Positions 32,625 to 47,835 are shown, counted from the first letter of the whole stretch. The stretch is 63,151 bases of DNA, filler included, from Octopus bimaculoides (GCF_001194135.2; 6 parts of 6 records of this genome joined end to end with filler, not necessarily neighbours in it); one strand, 5' to 3'. A program made the numbers and translations. Notes: generated by a model not told the origin, from the letters alone.

Positions 32625-32852
32625 CAAGGGCCATGTGGACCCAAGAACCACTAGACTAAAATGCACGAGAAGCTATGCACAGACGGCTCAAAAGTAAATA
32701 GACACCTGTGCGTGTAAATATCTAAAAGGTGTCTATTTACTTTTGAACCGCCAAGGGCCATGTGGATCCCCAGAACCACTACACTAAAAGTAAATAGACA
32801 TCTGTGTGTGTAAATATCTAAAAAGGTGTCTATTTACTTTTGAACCGTCTAG
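32625..32852. repeat. Tandemly duplicated small hairpin/MITE-like unit
   Basis: CCAAGGGCCATGTGGA.. occurs twice. Each unit has the inverted arms AAAAGTAAATAGACA(C/T)C / GGTGTCTATTTACTTTT. Confidence 0.7.
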
Positions 32853-33939
32853 TAAAAGTCACTTATACTCAGCGTTCACTTGATTAGTCCCTATTTTACT
32901 TACCCCCCCCCAATTTTTTTTTTGTTCTCGTATTTTCATTGAAATACATCACATTTGTTTCAATTAACTTTGAAGATTATTTTCTTCTTGTTTCAGTCAC
33001 TGGACTGTGCGTGGCCATGCTGGAGTAGTACCACTTTATCATCATTAACCTTTAGCATTCAGATCACTGTCAAATGTACTATTTATTTATTCATATTGTT
33101 TTGATGCTAGAGGGTTAAGCTGGGGTCTGTAAAATCGCATGACTTAGTGGTTAGAGCGTCAGGCTCACAATCATGAGGTAGTGAGTTTAATTCCTAGAGC
33201 GAGCTGTGTGTTTTGTTCTTTAGCAAAACACTAGCTGGCTGCTATTTGTGCATCCGTGCTGGTGGTACGTAAATAGCAGCCAGCATGCTCTGTTAAGTGG
33301 TTGGCATTAGGAAGGGCGTCCTGCTACAGAAACCATGTCACAACAGACAGTTTGGACAGTTCCCTGTCCAAGTGTCCATCCCATACTAGCATGGAAGTGG
33401 ATGTTAAATGATGATGATCAACAGGCAAACATATTGTGCAACAAAACTGATTTAATTTCAAAAGAAATTCGTTAGTCACTAGAAACAAATTTACATATAA
33501 CAGCCATGCTATTTATCACATTTTTTTTTTGCATTAATTCGTTTGTACTTTGTTAAAAAAACAAAACACTAGCAAAACCACCTCCAAATATTTGATGAAA
33601 CAATACCTAAAAACCAACAAAGCATTGTTCAACAATCGTATAAGCATAAATATATGTTAAAAAAAACTATAGTAAAACCACAGAAAATCACAATTATAAG
33701 TAATAATTATTATTTAATAACAACATAGGCTGTCTGTCTGTTTCTCTCTCTCTCTCTCTCTCATATTCATGTATGCACATAGTTTAGTCTTCATTTTCAA
33801 AAAGAAACAAGGAAGAAGATAATTTTTTTCTCAACCATCAATATATCCTTGTGCTGAACACAGTTCTTCTGGTTACAATACTGTCACATGATGTTACTGA
33901 TGTTGTTTTTATCCTGTTCAGTTCTTTAAAAAAAGTCAC

Positions 33940-36517
33940 TTATACAATTTTATCTAACCAGTCCAACAGAGACTGGAGCTCAACACGTACATCTTCTTTA
34001 CTCAGGGCTGTGCACTCAGCAAACTCAATCTTCAGTGAATGAATATCAGAGAATTCAAAATCCTTGTTCCTTTTGCCGAGAAAAGTGTTGTTGTTTTCGG
34101 AGGTACTGTCACTTCCTCCCAGGGCAGCTGAATGTGTTGTTCTTACCACGTTGCTGGAAACAGAGAAGTTTATTTATTACTACTTTGACTAACAGAGACA
34201 AGTACAAGAGATAGAACAAATTTAATAGTGGGAAAGTGTTTCATCTATCAAATTAGCAACAAGCCAAAAAAAAAAAAAAAAAATGACTAAAGAATACAAA
34301 CTTCAGTGTCAACCAATAATAGTCATGATAATGAATGAAGAAATTCAAATAATGAACAGAGAATTACTTACATCTCTTTCTCAAGGGTGGATTTTATAGC
34401 TTTTGCACCTTTAGCAAAAGTTTGATCTTGTTTGTTGCAAAGAATCAGGATTGGAGTAATCTTCAGGGCAAGAGCATTACACATCAACGTATACAAGTAC
34501 CTGTCCATAAAAAAATTAACAATTAACATTACATAGAAGCCTTACATAAACAAACGTGTGTGTGTGTGTGTGTGTGTGTATAGGAGTGGCTGTGTGATGA
34601 GAAGCTTTCAGCTTAACAATAATACTTTGTTGGGTGCATAAAATCATAACTCGATGCATGTATGGTACTTTCAGTTGGAAATATTTTTACAAAACTGTCG
34701 TATGCGGGACTTACTACACTTTTGAAAAATATTAAACTGTTGCACTACACTTTGGCAATTTTCATATCTTGGCACCTGATACAAAAGTTTGGCCAAAGGA
34801 ACCAGCTATTGAAAGCAAAATTAAATATTGGAAAAATATGAATGTTGGAAGGGCAAAAGGCAATGATGACTTTGGCAAGATTTGAACTCGGAATACAAAA
34901 ATCCAGAACAAATACCACAATTGACTCTAATGATTCAACAAAAACAACAACAACAACAACAATAATAATAATAATCCAAAAACATTAGCAAGAAGCAATT
35001 AGGAAAATGACTCACTCAGCAACATCCTTGATACTCTTCTGGTATGTGGTGCTGTCAATCACAAACACAATGGCTCTGTTCAGGTAATAAAAAAAGATTT
35101 TATGAATAAATAATCAAATAATATATTATTCAAGACTACATACATAGGTACAGGTATGGCTGTGTGGTATTAAGTTTACTGCTCAATTGTCCATGCTTGC
35201 ATGGGTCAGGAGGAGAGTCACTGAGGTGAATTTACTACAGCCAGAAGATGCCTGTTTGCAAGCAACATGATATTTCCACCTGACATGTTTTTGTTTTTTT
35301 TTATCCACGGGATTGGAATGAAATGAAAGACACCACTTGTATGATGGTAGCACTTGTTTACAACTATCACACAATGTCAGAATAAGGAGACAGAAACACA
35401 CACACACACACACACACAACTAGGATGAACTTCATTCAGTTTCCCTTCACCAAATCCATACAAACTGAGGCTATAGTATAACACACTTGCCCAAAGAGAC
35501 TGAACCTGAAACCCCATGATGCAGAGCAAACTTCTTCCTCCCATATCATGCCTACAGCTAATTTATATCTGAAACAAAATATCACCAAATGCGTTTAATT
35601 GATATGCATTTGACAGTCAATATAGGTTTACTTGATTGAGATTGACCTGGAGCTAAACAATAAAGGGTCACATCCTAACCCCACCCCAGTTATTCTACCA
35701 AAATCTTCCTTATACCACACCCAGTTGGCCTTTGGAAATAACTTACCTTGCTAGCTTGCCATACTCTTCAAAAGCTTGCGTACGTAACCTCTCGTGACCT
35801 GGCAAGTCGAATATGCGTAGTGTTTTCTTCTGAAAGACACAAAATGAAAGGAAAAGAAAAATTGGAATTAACAACTAGCATTATACATACATGTATTTAT
35901 ACACATGTGGTGATGGTAGGGACATGCGACACATGTAGCGTGATCAAAGCAACATGTAGCTTTGTACTGGGCTTTTCACAGTATATTAATGTAAATGATA
36001 GTCTTAACTCTTTAACATTCAGGTTGAGGGAGAGTAGACTCTGAATGGGTCGAGCACTTACCTTTTTAGGGGTGGTAAAAGATCCAGCATTGCTTTTGAT
36101 TGAGGTGTAAGTCTCCTTGAAGCTTTTATGGATCAACTGTAGAAAGAAAAATGGAATTAGTACAAGGTTTCACATTTAAAGAAAGAGACAAAAAGCCACT
36201 GATTAACCCTCTGGCATTTAAACTGGCCATATCCGGCCCAGATATTCTAACTGTTTTATGCTAAGACTGACCAGATCCAACCTCTCACATCTACCCTATG
36301 ATGGGGGAGCTAAAAAGTTCTTGGCTTTAGATGAAAAGAAAATACCGGAGAAGCAGTTAATTATGATTTTATTCAACATATTCTCATTTCAGATTCACAC
36401 ATTTATTGCAGCAGTCCTCCAGTTTTTCTAAGCCCTGTAAAAGAACTTGGAAGGTTGGGCCTGCAACCAGGCCTTTTGCAAGACCTTTAAAGCTAGGTAC
36501 TTTTCAGCACACCCTCA

Positions 36518-36559
<42 letters not shown>

Positions 36560-38639
36560 CATACATGGTCTGATCAATAAGTATCCGGACTGTTGGCATG
36601 CAGAGTGAAACCGCTTGACACAGACTGACCTTGAACTCCGCTTTGCATGTGCACTAAGTTTTAACGTTCTAGCTCACTTCTGCTATTTACACCATATATT
36701 CCATATATCAAAGGAGCAAGGGGGCTTCCAACTGAAGAGGTATAATAGACTGAAACCACATGATATAGGAATTCTGGCACCCCAGACAGATGAATTTTGT
36801 CTGCTGCGATCTATGAGTGTGCTTTTATGCACCAAGTGCCTATATGAGAGTATCTCTCAAGGTGTCTATGTTTAGTTGGATATAAAGATTACCCTTTGCT
36901 ACAAATACTGCTTCTATTGCTAATAATTGATAACACTGTGTAACATGATTTTTGTCCTTGGGTACCAACTGTTATTTCCTATTTGTTAACCCCTAGAAAG
37001 TATGAAAAACGGCTGTTTCCTTCAAACTTTGCTTTTGTTATGATATTTATTCAAACTCCAAAGAATCTCTCTCAACGCATGTTTATGATGCTTCCTCACT
37101 ACTCCTGCTTATGATCAGAGATGCACATATTGTCTGTCTCTAAGGGACATGGTCAAGTGGTTAAGGTCAAGCAACTGACCAGCTAATTCTATGGTATTGA
37201 GCAGAATATTTGATATAATGATATTTCTGGTTCAGCAACTCAGTGCTGATTAATAAACATTATTAATTAAAAGTGGAATAAAATGATGTAAAAAGTGGAT
37301 TACCTGAGTAAAAATAAGTGTTTTCCCAGCATCACAAATTCCAGCTAATATAACTCCTTGCTTTTTGCCTCTCTTTCCAATAAATATTAGCAATAAAACT
37401 GGGAAAATAGGAAAGTAAAAAAAAAAAAATAATGAGGTAGATATACATAAATGAGTGCTTGTATACATGCATGTGTGTGTGGGGGAGATTTCTCGCATCA
37501 TGTGTATTTTCAATTTATGTTTACTGCTTACATTTTTTCTTCCTTGACTCACCTGCTATTTCCTTTCCTAGGATCTCGTCTAAAATCCCAGAGTATATTT
37601 GAAAGACATAATAAAGAATGGAAAATTATACAGAAGAATGGAAAATTATACAGCTTAAATTATTTGTGGGAGAACTTTAATCAAGAATGTATAATTCTAC
37701 ATTTTTTTTTTTACAGGCAAACATGAGTTGTACGTGTATTTCATAGGGCTAGCCTTGTCACATTCTGTGTCAACGCTGAATCTCCCTGAGAACTATGTTA
37801 AGAGTTCGCATACTTTTGAAGTGCTCAGCCACTTGTACAATAATTTCGCGAGCTGGCTGTTCCGTTGATCGAATCAACTGGAATCTTCGTCGTCATAACG
37901 GACGGAGTATCAAATACATATATGGAGACAAAAAAATGCAAATCAAAAACCGCTCCTTCCTCAAAATGCGCCAAAAATGTCAACACAAATCTTAAATAGG
38001 AGAAAGGAAAAATATTTAGATATGATGAATTGTTAGCATTACGACTTAATTTCAGTCGCAGTTGTATATATGGGACTTCGAAGGACAGTTATTCCAGAAC
38101 TCTACCTTGAGAGGTGAATTTATCGAAGAAGCATCGGTTCACTATAAAATTACTTCTAGACGAAATTATAGATCAATTACTCGAAATGGATAATGGATAT
38201 AGAACGAGCCGGTTTCTGTTGCTTCTTTCCTCGTGGTTCCATTATGCTGATACAATTTAATGCTTGAACTTCTGCAGGTTGTTTCGAAGCGCAAGGGTAG
38301 GCATCGAATGGATTCTAGAATGATGTAGCTCTCGGAAAAGGATCCAAATCATAAAATATGTCTAAATCCCGATGCTAAACGGAGATAATCCTTTAAAAAA
38401 ACATGCTTGGAGCCCACGCTGTATCCGTTTGTGTGGAAACATACTGTAAATTAAATACGGCGTTTTTCAATATAAATAATAACAGACACAGAATACTTAC
38501 GAATGCTAATCAGACCAACGAGTAAAGCAACTAAGAGACCAAGAGTGTCTCGATCGAGATTATTAAAAGTGTCTTTTAGAGAATCTATTGCATTGAATTC
38601 CTTCTCGACTTCAACACGTTCCTTCTCCGCAGCCGCCAT
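33940..38639 (-). CDS. SRPRB: Signal recognition particle receptor subunit beta, complete 7-exon CDS (264 aa)
   Basis: Exons 38639-38501, 37398-37304, 36136-36062, 35829-35747, 35075-35016, 34500-34372, 34153-33940; total 795 nt, GT-AG. The protein has an N-terminal TM anchor, P-loop GICDAGKT, DLPGHERLR, AIVFVIDS, ILCNKQD and C-terminal EFAECTA..LDWL, typical of SR-beta. Confidence 0.96.
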
Positions 38640-38882
38640 TTTAGTAACATTAAACACACGTAATCATATGCTGAGAGTGATTTCCCTTCCGTCGTTGATG
38701 ATTGATGGTGGTGGAAATGGGGGGAATACAGGCTTTAGTGCACGACTGAGTGTTTGTGTGTGTGTGTGTGTATATATATATANNNNNNNNNNNNNNNNNN
38801 NNNNNNNNNNNNNNNNNNNNNNNNNNTTAATTAATTAANNNNNNNNNNNNNNNNNNNNNNNNNNNNNNNNNNNNNNNNNNNN

Positions 38883-39080
38883 CACTCCCACAGAACAGAG
38901 AGCATAACTTTTTTCGGGTGCAGTCCTGGTTTTGGAGATGGATTCTCCTTTTCCATTGAGTGATAACCATTTTCGATCATAGAGAACCCACTTTTCATCA
39001 ATTGTGAAGATTCTACGTAGAAAAGAATCGTCAGCAAGTCTTCTCTTCAATGACAAGCAGTGGACAACTCTTTGATTAAG
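38883..39080 (-). mobile_element. Mariner transposase fragment
   Basis: FLRRIFTIDEKWVLYD (first catalytic D motif) and PKPGLHPKKVMLSVLW, with frameshifts. Confidence 0.8.
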
Positions 39081-39999
39081 CCGAGAAGCAAACAAAGAGT
39101 GAGAGAAAGTTGTGGTGAAAGTGTACAGCAGGGTTCGCCACCACCCTCTGCTGGAGCCTCGTGGAGCTTTAGGTGTTTTCGCTCAATAAACACTCACAAC
39201 GCCCGGTCTGGGAATCGAAACCGCGACCCTACGACCGCTGCCCTATAATGATAATAACAATAATGTTATGAAATTTATATGTGTGGTCTTTATTTGCATA
39301 TCCAAAATATTTCCGTAAACAAATTTAAATAGTCCCGTCTGTCAAATACACTCACAAGGCACTTTGGCCAAAAGCGTCACGCAGTAGGACCGAAACCCAG
39401 AACCATGTGGTTGGGAAGCAAGCTTCTTACCACACAGCCATGACAACGCCTGTAGCAAAATCTATTTTTTACATAGTTTGTAGCAAGTTTTAATGTCGAT
39501 ACAAAATGTATCTTGACATTTGAATAGGATTGAGTTAGGTGTTACCCTTTTGCACGAGCGGAAAGGCTTGTCAGACTAGTTAATGAAAAAAAACAAAAAA
39601 AAAAACAAGAAAAACGAAAGAAAAACATTTAGTAACTACAAAAAAAAAAAAATGCAAAAGAGAAAAAAAGGGTAAAAGAGGGTAACTAGTTGAAAAAAAG
39701 ACAAAAAAACGAAAGGAATAAAAATAAAAATGCAAACATTTCCTATACAANNNNNNNNNNNNNNNNNNNNNNNNNNNNNNNNNNNNNNNNNNNNNNNNNN
39801 NNNNNNNNNNNNNNNNNNNNNNNNNNNNNNNNNNNNNNNNNNNNNNNNNNNNNNNNNNNNNNNNNNNNNNNNNNNNNNNNNNNNNNNNNNNNNNNNNNNN
39901 NNNNNNNNNNNNNNNNNNNNNNNNNNNNNNNNNNNNNNNNNNNNNNNNNNNNNNNNNNNNNNNNNNNNNNNNNNNNNNNNNNNNNNNNNNNNNNNNNNN

Positions 40000-41014
40000 T
40001 GCATTTGTCTGATAATACAGACACAGACTTGCCCAAATGCATCAATAAAATAACTTTGATATTTTTTTCACCGTTGTTACAATCATCTGAAATGGAACTG
40101 TCAAAGCACGATATTCGAGCAATTTTGCTATTCAACTTCAAAACAGGACGTAAAGCAGCTGAAACTGCTCACGACATCAACGAAACGTTTGGTGAAGAAA
40201 TGACCAGTGAGTGGTCAGCTCGAAAAATGTTTACACAAACGATTTTGCAGTGGAGACCTCAGCCTTGAAAATCGTAGGCGTAGTGGATGCCCATCTGTCA
40301 TCGATGACGGTCAATTAGAGATTGTCATTGAGAAAGATCCACATAAAACAACTCAAGAACTGGCAAAAGAACTTCAAGTTTGCATGCGATCGGAAGATCA
40401 AAAAAGCTCGACAAATGGGTACAACAGGATTTGAATGAAAATTAGAAAATGCACACATATGAAATTTGCTGGTCGCTTCTTCGTAACCAGACCGATCCAT
40501 TTGTCGACCGTATTGTAACTTGCAATGAAAAGTGGATTCTGTACAATAATAAGAAAAACGTTCTTCGCAGTGGTTGGACCAAAATGAAACACCGAAAACC
40601 TTCCCAAAACCCGAGCTCTTCAAAAAGAAGGTTATGGTGACTGTTTGGTCGTGTACTGCTGCACGTTTCGCTAATGACAATCCAAAAGTTGAAGGAACTT
40701 GGCTCCGAAGTTCTCCCCACCCAGCTTATTCCCCAGGCATTTCTCCTACCGACTACCACTTTTTCAAGCAGCCTGATGGTTTCCTGCGAGAGGAGGAGTT
40801 CAAAAATCAAACCGATGCTGAAAGTGAGTTCAAAGAGTTCATCAGCTGAAGAACTCCAGATTTTTTTATGTTAGCGGAATAAACAAACTTGTAAATCGCT
40901 GGCAAAAATGTGTTGACTGTAATGGTACTTACTTTGATGAATAAAATTTCCATATTGTTGAAATATATTGTGATGAATTTCATGTTTCAAAACGTTGCTC
41001 ACTATATACTCACC

Positions 41015-41017
<3 letters not shown>
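40000..41017 (+). mobile_element. Decayed mariner (Hsmar/Mos1-like) element with internal deletion
   Basis: ATG at 40092: MELSKHDIRAILLFNFKTGRKAAETA..; RSGCPS..DPHKTTQELAKEL; DRIVTCNEKWILY; PKPELFKKKVMVTVW; HPAYSPGISPTDYHFF. Many frameshifts and stops. Confidence 0.88.
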
Positions 41018-41051
<34 letters not shown>

Positions 41052-41615
41052 TTACGTCCCCGTAACTTAGCAGTTTAGCACAAGATTCCGATAAAATACG
41101 TACCAGACTTTNNNNNNNNNNNNNNNNNNNNNNNNNNNNNNNNNNNNNNNNNNNNTTAATTAATTAANNNNNNNNNNNNNNNNNNNNNNNNNNNNNNNNN
41201 NNNNNNNNNNNATATATATATATATATAAACACACACATACACATATATGTGCATATATGTATTATTTGTATGTACATATAGATATACACACGCTTACAC
41301 ATATACATACAAACGCAAACACACGCACAATCATAAACACAACTACCACAAATATGTAAGCGCATTCGTTTATCTGTGTGCATATAAACCATGTAATAAT
41401 CTCCATTATATTGAGATATTCTATTAAACAGATACAAAGATACAAATGATGTAGCTAGAGAAAAATTGTGGAATATTACAAGGAAACATTTTCTACATTT
41501 GCATGAAATAATAATATGTATACATTATAAACACTGGGAGGTTCGAAAGAACATATTTGATACAGATACCAAGTTAATATCTGGCACGTATAACTATTAT
41601 GATGACCTGTTGCAT

Positions 41616-41669
<54 letters not shown>

Positions 41670-42359
41670 CACGCATACAATCCTATTTATGCGTATACAT
41701 TCATGCACGCAAATGTATATAAATATAGCAATATGTATGCATGTATATATGTATGTATGCATGCATGCATGTATGTATGTATGTACGTATGTATGTATGT
41801 ATGTATGTATGTCCAAACATACACACGTGAGGAATTAATGAAAGAATAAGATAGTGGAAGGGAAAGACTGACATATAGACATCACGACAGAGAGAAAGTT
41901 CGTGTTCTCTTATATTTCCTATCTTGTATGTGAATATATGCATAATATGACGTACATCTATGTATCCCGTTGATTTAAGTAGATATAAAATGACAATTTT
42001 GTTGTAGCTTATTCCTTTTGAATGGGTTCAATATTCGTTTTTCTCGAATATGTTTTTATAGGGAGGAAAATCAGTTTTGAAAGATATTAATGTCAGTGTA
42101 TGCACTTATATAACTGTAGAGTAATGAAGATATAAAGCTGTAGAGGAATACAAAGGAACACACACACTCCTACCCCCACATCCCAACACTCGCAAACGCT
42201 CTCACATACATTGATGACACAGGCAACATGCAAACAAGGACGTAGGAAATATATTCATGTTCCAAGATTGATAATTGTATATAATGTGCAATGGGATATG
42301 TGTGTCATCTGTCTTTGGATTCCTATATGTGTATATGCTCATATATATCTATGTGTATA

Positions 42360-42971
42360 CACATACAGAAACATACACATACGTATATATATATATATAT
42401 ATATANNNNNNNNNNNNNNNNNNNNNNNNNNNNNNNNNNNNNNNNNNNNNNNNNNNNNNNNNNNNNNNNNNNNNNNNNNNNNNNNNNNNNNNNNNNNNNN
42501 NNNNNNNNNNNNNNNNNNNNNNNNNNNNNNNNNNNNNNNNNNNNNNNNNNNNNNNNNNNNNNNNNNNNNNNNNNNNNNNNNNNNNNNNNNNNNNNNNNNN
42601 NNNNNNNNNNNNNNNNNNNNNNNNNNNNNNNNNNNNNNNNNNNNNNNNNNNNNNNNNNNNNNNNNNNNNNNNNNNNNNNNNNNNNNNNNNNNNNNNNNNN
42701 NNNNNNNNNNNNNNNNNNNNNNNNNNNNNNNNNNNNNNNNNNNNNNNNNNNNNNNNNNNNNNNNNNNNNNNNNNNNNNNNNNNNNNNNNNNNNNNNNNNN
42801 NNNNNNNNNNNNNNNNNNNNNNNNNNNNNNNNNNNNNNNNNNNNNNNNNNNNNNNNNNNNNNNNNNNNNNNNNNNNNNNNNNTATACATACATATATACG
42901 TACGTCTCTCTCTCTGTATATATATATATACACGTATGTATAAATAAATATATGTGTAAGTATATATATAC

Positions 42972-43004
<33 letters not shown>

Positions 43005-43024
43005 AATATATATATATATACACG

Positions 43025-43062
<38 letters not shown>

Positions 43063-43420
43063 TAGATAGATACATACATACATACATACATACATACACT
43101 TGTATGGATTCAAATATATTTAGATATTACAATTTATAGACAGACAGAAAAAAGACAAATATAAATTACCATGCGTAGAGACAGGTGGTATTTTAATCTA
43201 TTCACTTCTGTTTAATGTATAAAATAGACAAACTATGTGCTGCTTTGTAGAAAAGGAATTCTACACATATACGTATAGTATAACAGACACGTGCGCGTGC
43301 TCATACACACATGCAGACACACACACACAGACACACACAAATGCACACACACACACACACACACACGCACACACACACAAATGCACACACTTATATACAT
43401 ACACACGCGCACACACACAT
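42360..43420. repeat. (TA)n/(TATG)n/(CA)n/(GA)n microsatellite tract around a gap, representative of dozens in the window
   Basis: Read directly. Many N gaps are bordered by (TA)n. Confidence 0.9.
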
Positions 43421-43621
43421 ATATAGGCATACGCAAATACATTCGCACATATTTGAAATCGAACATGCTAAGAAAAACAGGCACATTTATTTGTACGACT
43501 CGTATGTGTTTGGGTACTGCAAACGTATCTGATCTAGTCTCAGCAAGAGTATAACAAAATGAATAAATATTTGGCAATATGTATTTGGGATATTAGACCA
43601 CGACAGATATGGAACAGAACG

Positions 43622-43689
<68 letters not shown>

Positions 43690-43899
43690 CAAATAATAAA
43701 TGAGTATATGCATATATACGTACAGGTATGTGCATACCTACGTCTACCTGTATATTTAGGTGCATATCTGGGTACAGGACATTGCAGACAAAACGTAGCC
43801 AAGAAAATAATAATAACCAGAGTACAGAAAACACACAAGCCACATAGAGAACATTTTCCTTCATCAGCTACCCCCGTTTTAACACCGGCGTCAAGTGAG

Positions 43900-44410
43900 C
43901 AACGTTTTGAACCATGTAGAATTTGTACCGGATTTTTGCAGACTTTTGAATTTTTTGAAGCAATTTTTTGAAATTGTCTGCTAATACAGACATAGACTTG
44001 CCCAAATGCATGAATAAATTGACATTGATTTTTTTCACCGTTCTTACAATCATCTAAAATGGAGCTGTCAACGCACGATATTCGAGCAATTTTGCTATTC
44101 AACTTCATAAAAGGACGTAAAGCAGCTGAAAGAGCACGCGATATCAACGAAATGATTTTGAGAAAATGACCAGTGAGTGGTCAGCTCGAAAATGGTGAGA
44201 CCTAAGTCTTGGAGTTCGTAACCATAATGGACGCCCATCTGTATTTCGATGACAGTCTATTAAAGACCGTCATTGAGAAAGATCTACGTAAAACCACCTG
44301 AGAAATGGCAAAAGAATTTCAAGTTAGCCAGAAAACTGCCTGCACCCATCGGAAAATCAAAAAAGCTCGACAAATGTGTACCACGCGATTTGAATGAAAA
44401 TCAGAAAATG
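43900..44410 (+). mobile_element. 5' portion of a second copy of the same mariner family
   Basis: Clear nucleotide similarity to 40000-40445 (ATGGAGCTGTCAACGCACGATATTCGAGCAATTTTGCTATTCAACTTC..). Truncated by a SINE fragment at ~44410. Confidence 0.8.
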
Positions 44411-46177
44411 CTGTACTCTTTCAGCACAACTTTCTCTCACTCGTTCTTTCTGTTTCTGTTGTACCTGTATTTGAAAGGGGTCAGCCTTGTCACACTCTGT
44501 GTAACGCTGAATCTTCCCGAGAACTACGTTAAGGGTACACGTACCTGTGGAGTGCTCAGCCACTTATACGTTAATTTCATGAGCAGGCTGTTCCGTTGAT
44601 CGGATGAACTGGAACTCTCGTCGTCGTAACCGACGGAGTGCCACGATGATGCTGTAACATTATAGTATCTTTCACGTTTATATACTTACACGTAAATGCC
44701 GATTGCTATTTATGATAGGGTCTCATAGGCAACTGTCACTCTCCACACTGCTGGAAGAGCGAATAATCGCAGAAATATCAAAACATTCCAGTAAATTTCA
44801 TTTGATGTATATATGCATATTTTATATGGATATATCTGAGATTCGCTCTTTTCGTTTGTTTAATTTGCCTAGACATTTTCCATAATCTGAGTGAATTTCT
44901 AATTAACTGTAGCAATATCTTAGTGCTTAAATGCTTTAATTAGACGAAATAATACGAGCCTTAAAAGCTTTGTCAATGTTTAGTAGTCGCATATTTTATA
45001 GGTATTTTAAACTTCCTAACTCAACATAGATCGCAGTGGAGCACTCTGGAAGTATTTTTAATTGCTTCGTACGACGGGTGGGGTGTGTACAACCGCGTTG
45101 CTTCGTTCCGATTCTACTGTTCATCTGCTTTAAACTCAAGCTGGTATGCCCTACACATATTCTTTGTAAGGACTTATAGGATTATGCCGCATCGTAAAAC
45201 CGCCTGAACTATCGATTATTAGAAGAATATCTAGATATCTTTAAATTTTATAGTAAATACTTTATCTTTTACATGTTTCAGTCATTAGACTGCAGCCATG
45301 CTGGTGCCCCATCTTGAAGGATTGTAGTCGAAAAAATCGACTCCAGTAAATACATTTTTTTCTAAAGAAAGTTATTTAGTCAAACGGTTTATTTCCTGAA
45401 TCGCTAATTTAGTGGTATGTGAACACACCACACCAACTGTGGTGGACAAACACAGGACACAAAGACACACACACTCATTTATATTTATAGTGAGCCTCTT
45501 TCAGTTTCTTTATTGCCCACAAGGGGCTAAACATAGAGGGAACAAACAAGCACAGACAAAGGGATTAAGTCGATTATATCGACCCCAGTGCGTAACTGGT
45601 ACTTAATTCATCGACCCCGAAAAGATGAAAGGCAAAGTCGACCTCGGTGAAATTTGAACTCGGAACGTATCGGCAGACGAAATACTGCTAAGCATTTCGC
45701 CCGGCGTGCTAACGTTTCTGCCAGCTCGCCTCTTTAAGTTTCTGTCTACCAAATCTACTCGCAAGACTTTGGTCGGACCAAGGTTATAGTAAAAACCATT
45801 TGCCCAAGATGCCAAGCCACTCAGTGGGACTACATCCCGAAACATGTGCTTAGTAAGAAAACATTTCCCCATACAACCACACCTGCGCCTATGCAAGTTT
45901 TTAATTTTTTCTTTTTTTTTTTACAGTAGTACATTAGACGTTAATTTTTTCTGTGTATTTATTTTTTTAATATTTTGGTCATAGCATCAGCTAATTTAAA
46001 ATTAGTTATAGATAACTCTGGGTGAATACATGCTTCGATTACATGAATGAAACTTCATTCTGTGAAATTCATATTTGCCGACTAATTATGTATTATAACA
46101 TAAATTGCTGTATGAGTATGTGTGCATTTGCGTGTATTTAAAGAAACATACATGCGTATATGCACATACATACATAT

Positions 46178-46259
<82 letters not shown>

Positions 46260-47802
46260 TTGTATTTTCTCTTTTATTCTTTTGCTCGTTTCAGTCAATT
46301 GACTGCGACCAAGCAGGAGCACCGTCTTTAGTCGAACAGATCGACCACAGGACTGTTTATTTGTAAGTCTAGTACTTATTTTATCGGTTCATTTGCCGAA
46401 CCTCTGAGTTAGACGGACGTAAACACACCAACATCGGTTGTCAAACGATGGTGCTAGTGCTGGTGGTGGGGGAACAAACACAGACACACAAACATATATA
46501 TATATATTGTAGAACAAGTAGAAAGATATATTTTTTTCAACACGGAAATACTGAACAGTATATATAAAGGATAAAATCCTTTTAAGAGCAGAAAAGTTTG
46601 TCGGCAGACATTTATATATACTGTTCAGCATTTACTTGTTGAAAAAATATATCTTTCTACTTGTTCTACAATACATTTCAACAACAAACATATGTTTGTT
46701 TACATATGATTTAATGCATATATATATATATTTATATATATATGACGGTCTTCTTTCAGTTTCCGTCTACCAAACCCACTCACAAAACCTTGATCGGCCC
46801 GTGGCTATAATAGAAAGCACTTGCCCAAGGTGCCACGCATTGGGAATGAAACCGGAACCATGTGGTTGGGAAGCAAGCTGCTTACCACACATCCACGCCT
46901 ATTCATGCATTATATATATATATATGCATATGTATGAATGTATGTAAAAACACACACCACACGTACACGTATATACATAAATACATACATACATACATAC
47001 ATACCGGCAGACAGACAGACATGTTTACATTCATATAATTATTTCTGTTATTCACTGTGTTCATTGCTTGTTTCTAAATTTTATCTTCCCTGAGTTTGTT
47101 TCTATACAAGGATTTACGGTAATATGCCTTATTTTTCTAAGATATTTTGCTAAAACTGTTTTCTGAAACATTTTAAATTCAAAATAGTTCGGAATTGAAA
47201 GAAGCGGTACATCATCGATTTTGATGCATTATAATAAACACCTTTTTCTTCTGGACATTAGATATGTTATAGATTGGATACACGTTGAAATAGAAATCAG
47301 CACCTGGAATTGACCCAATGAGAGCACGTTTATCGATAACCTACGATGCTGTAACTGTATGCCGGTTATTCGTTTCTTTTGACTACGCTCAAGACTGAAG
47401 ATACACAAGGAAAAGAAAACTAGTTTGTAAGCTGTTCATGCCTTTAAGTTCGAGAAATCAAGAACGTGACGCAGAATCGGCTAAACGTGAAGTTTTTCGC
47501 AACCCTACAGGCTATCTCAAAATGTTCTATAATAAGAATTATTTCATTGACACGAGGTCATACATTCGTGAAAAAATCGGATGCAATCATTTTAATGAAA
47601 TCTAACCGTTGCTTGACACCGGAATCTTAACTTCAGAAGGAAGAAATGTAAATTTAAGCCCAGAAAGTAGAGCGGCAAAAAAATCAAAACCCATGCCACA
47701 AGAATTATTCTAACGCTTTTAAAATACTATATTGTAGTACTGTACGGAAGAAACAATACGCCAATTAAATCACGATCTCCCTTCTCTCACCCTCTCTCTA
47801 TT

Positions 47803-47835
<33 letters not shown>

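Noticed and set aside
30930-32852. Repeat-spacer-like patterns as a CRISPR array
   Set aside because: Eukaryotic context, whole units are homologous with no unique spacers, and there are no cas genes.
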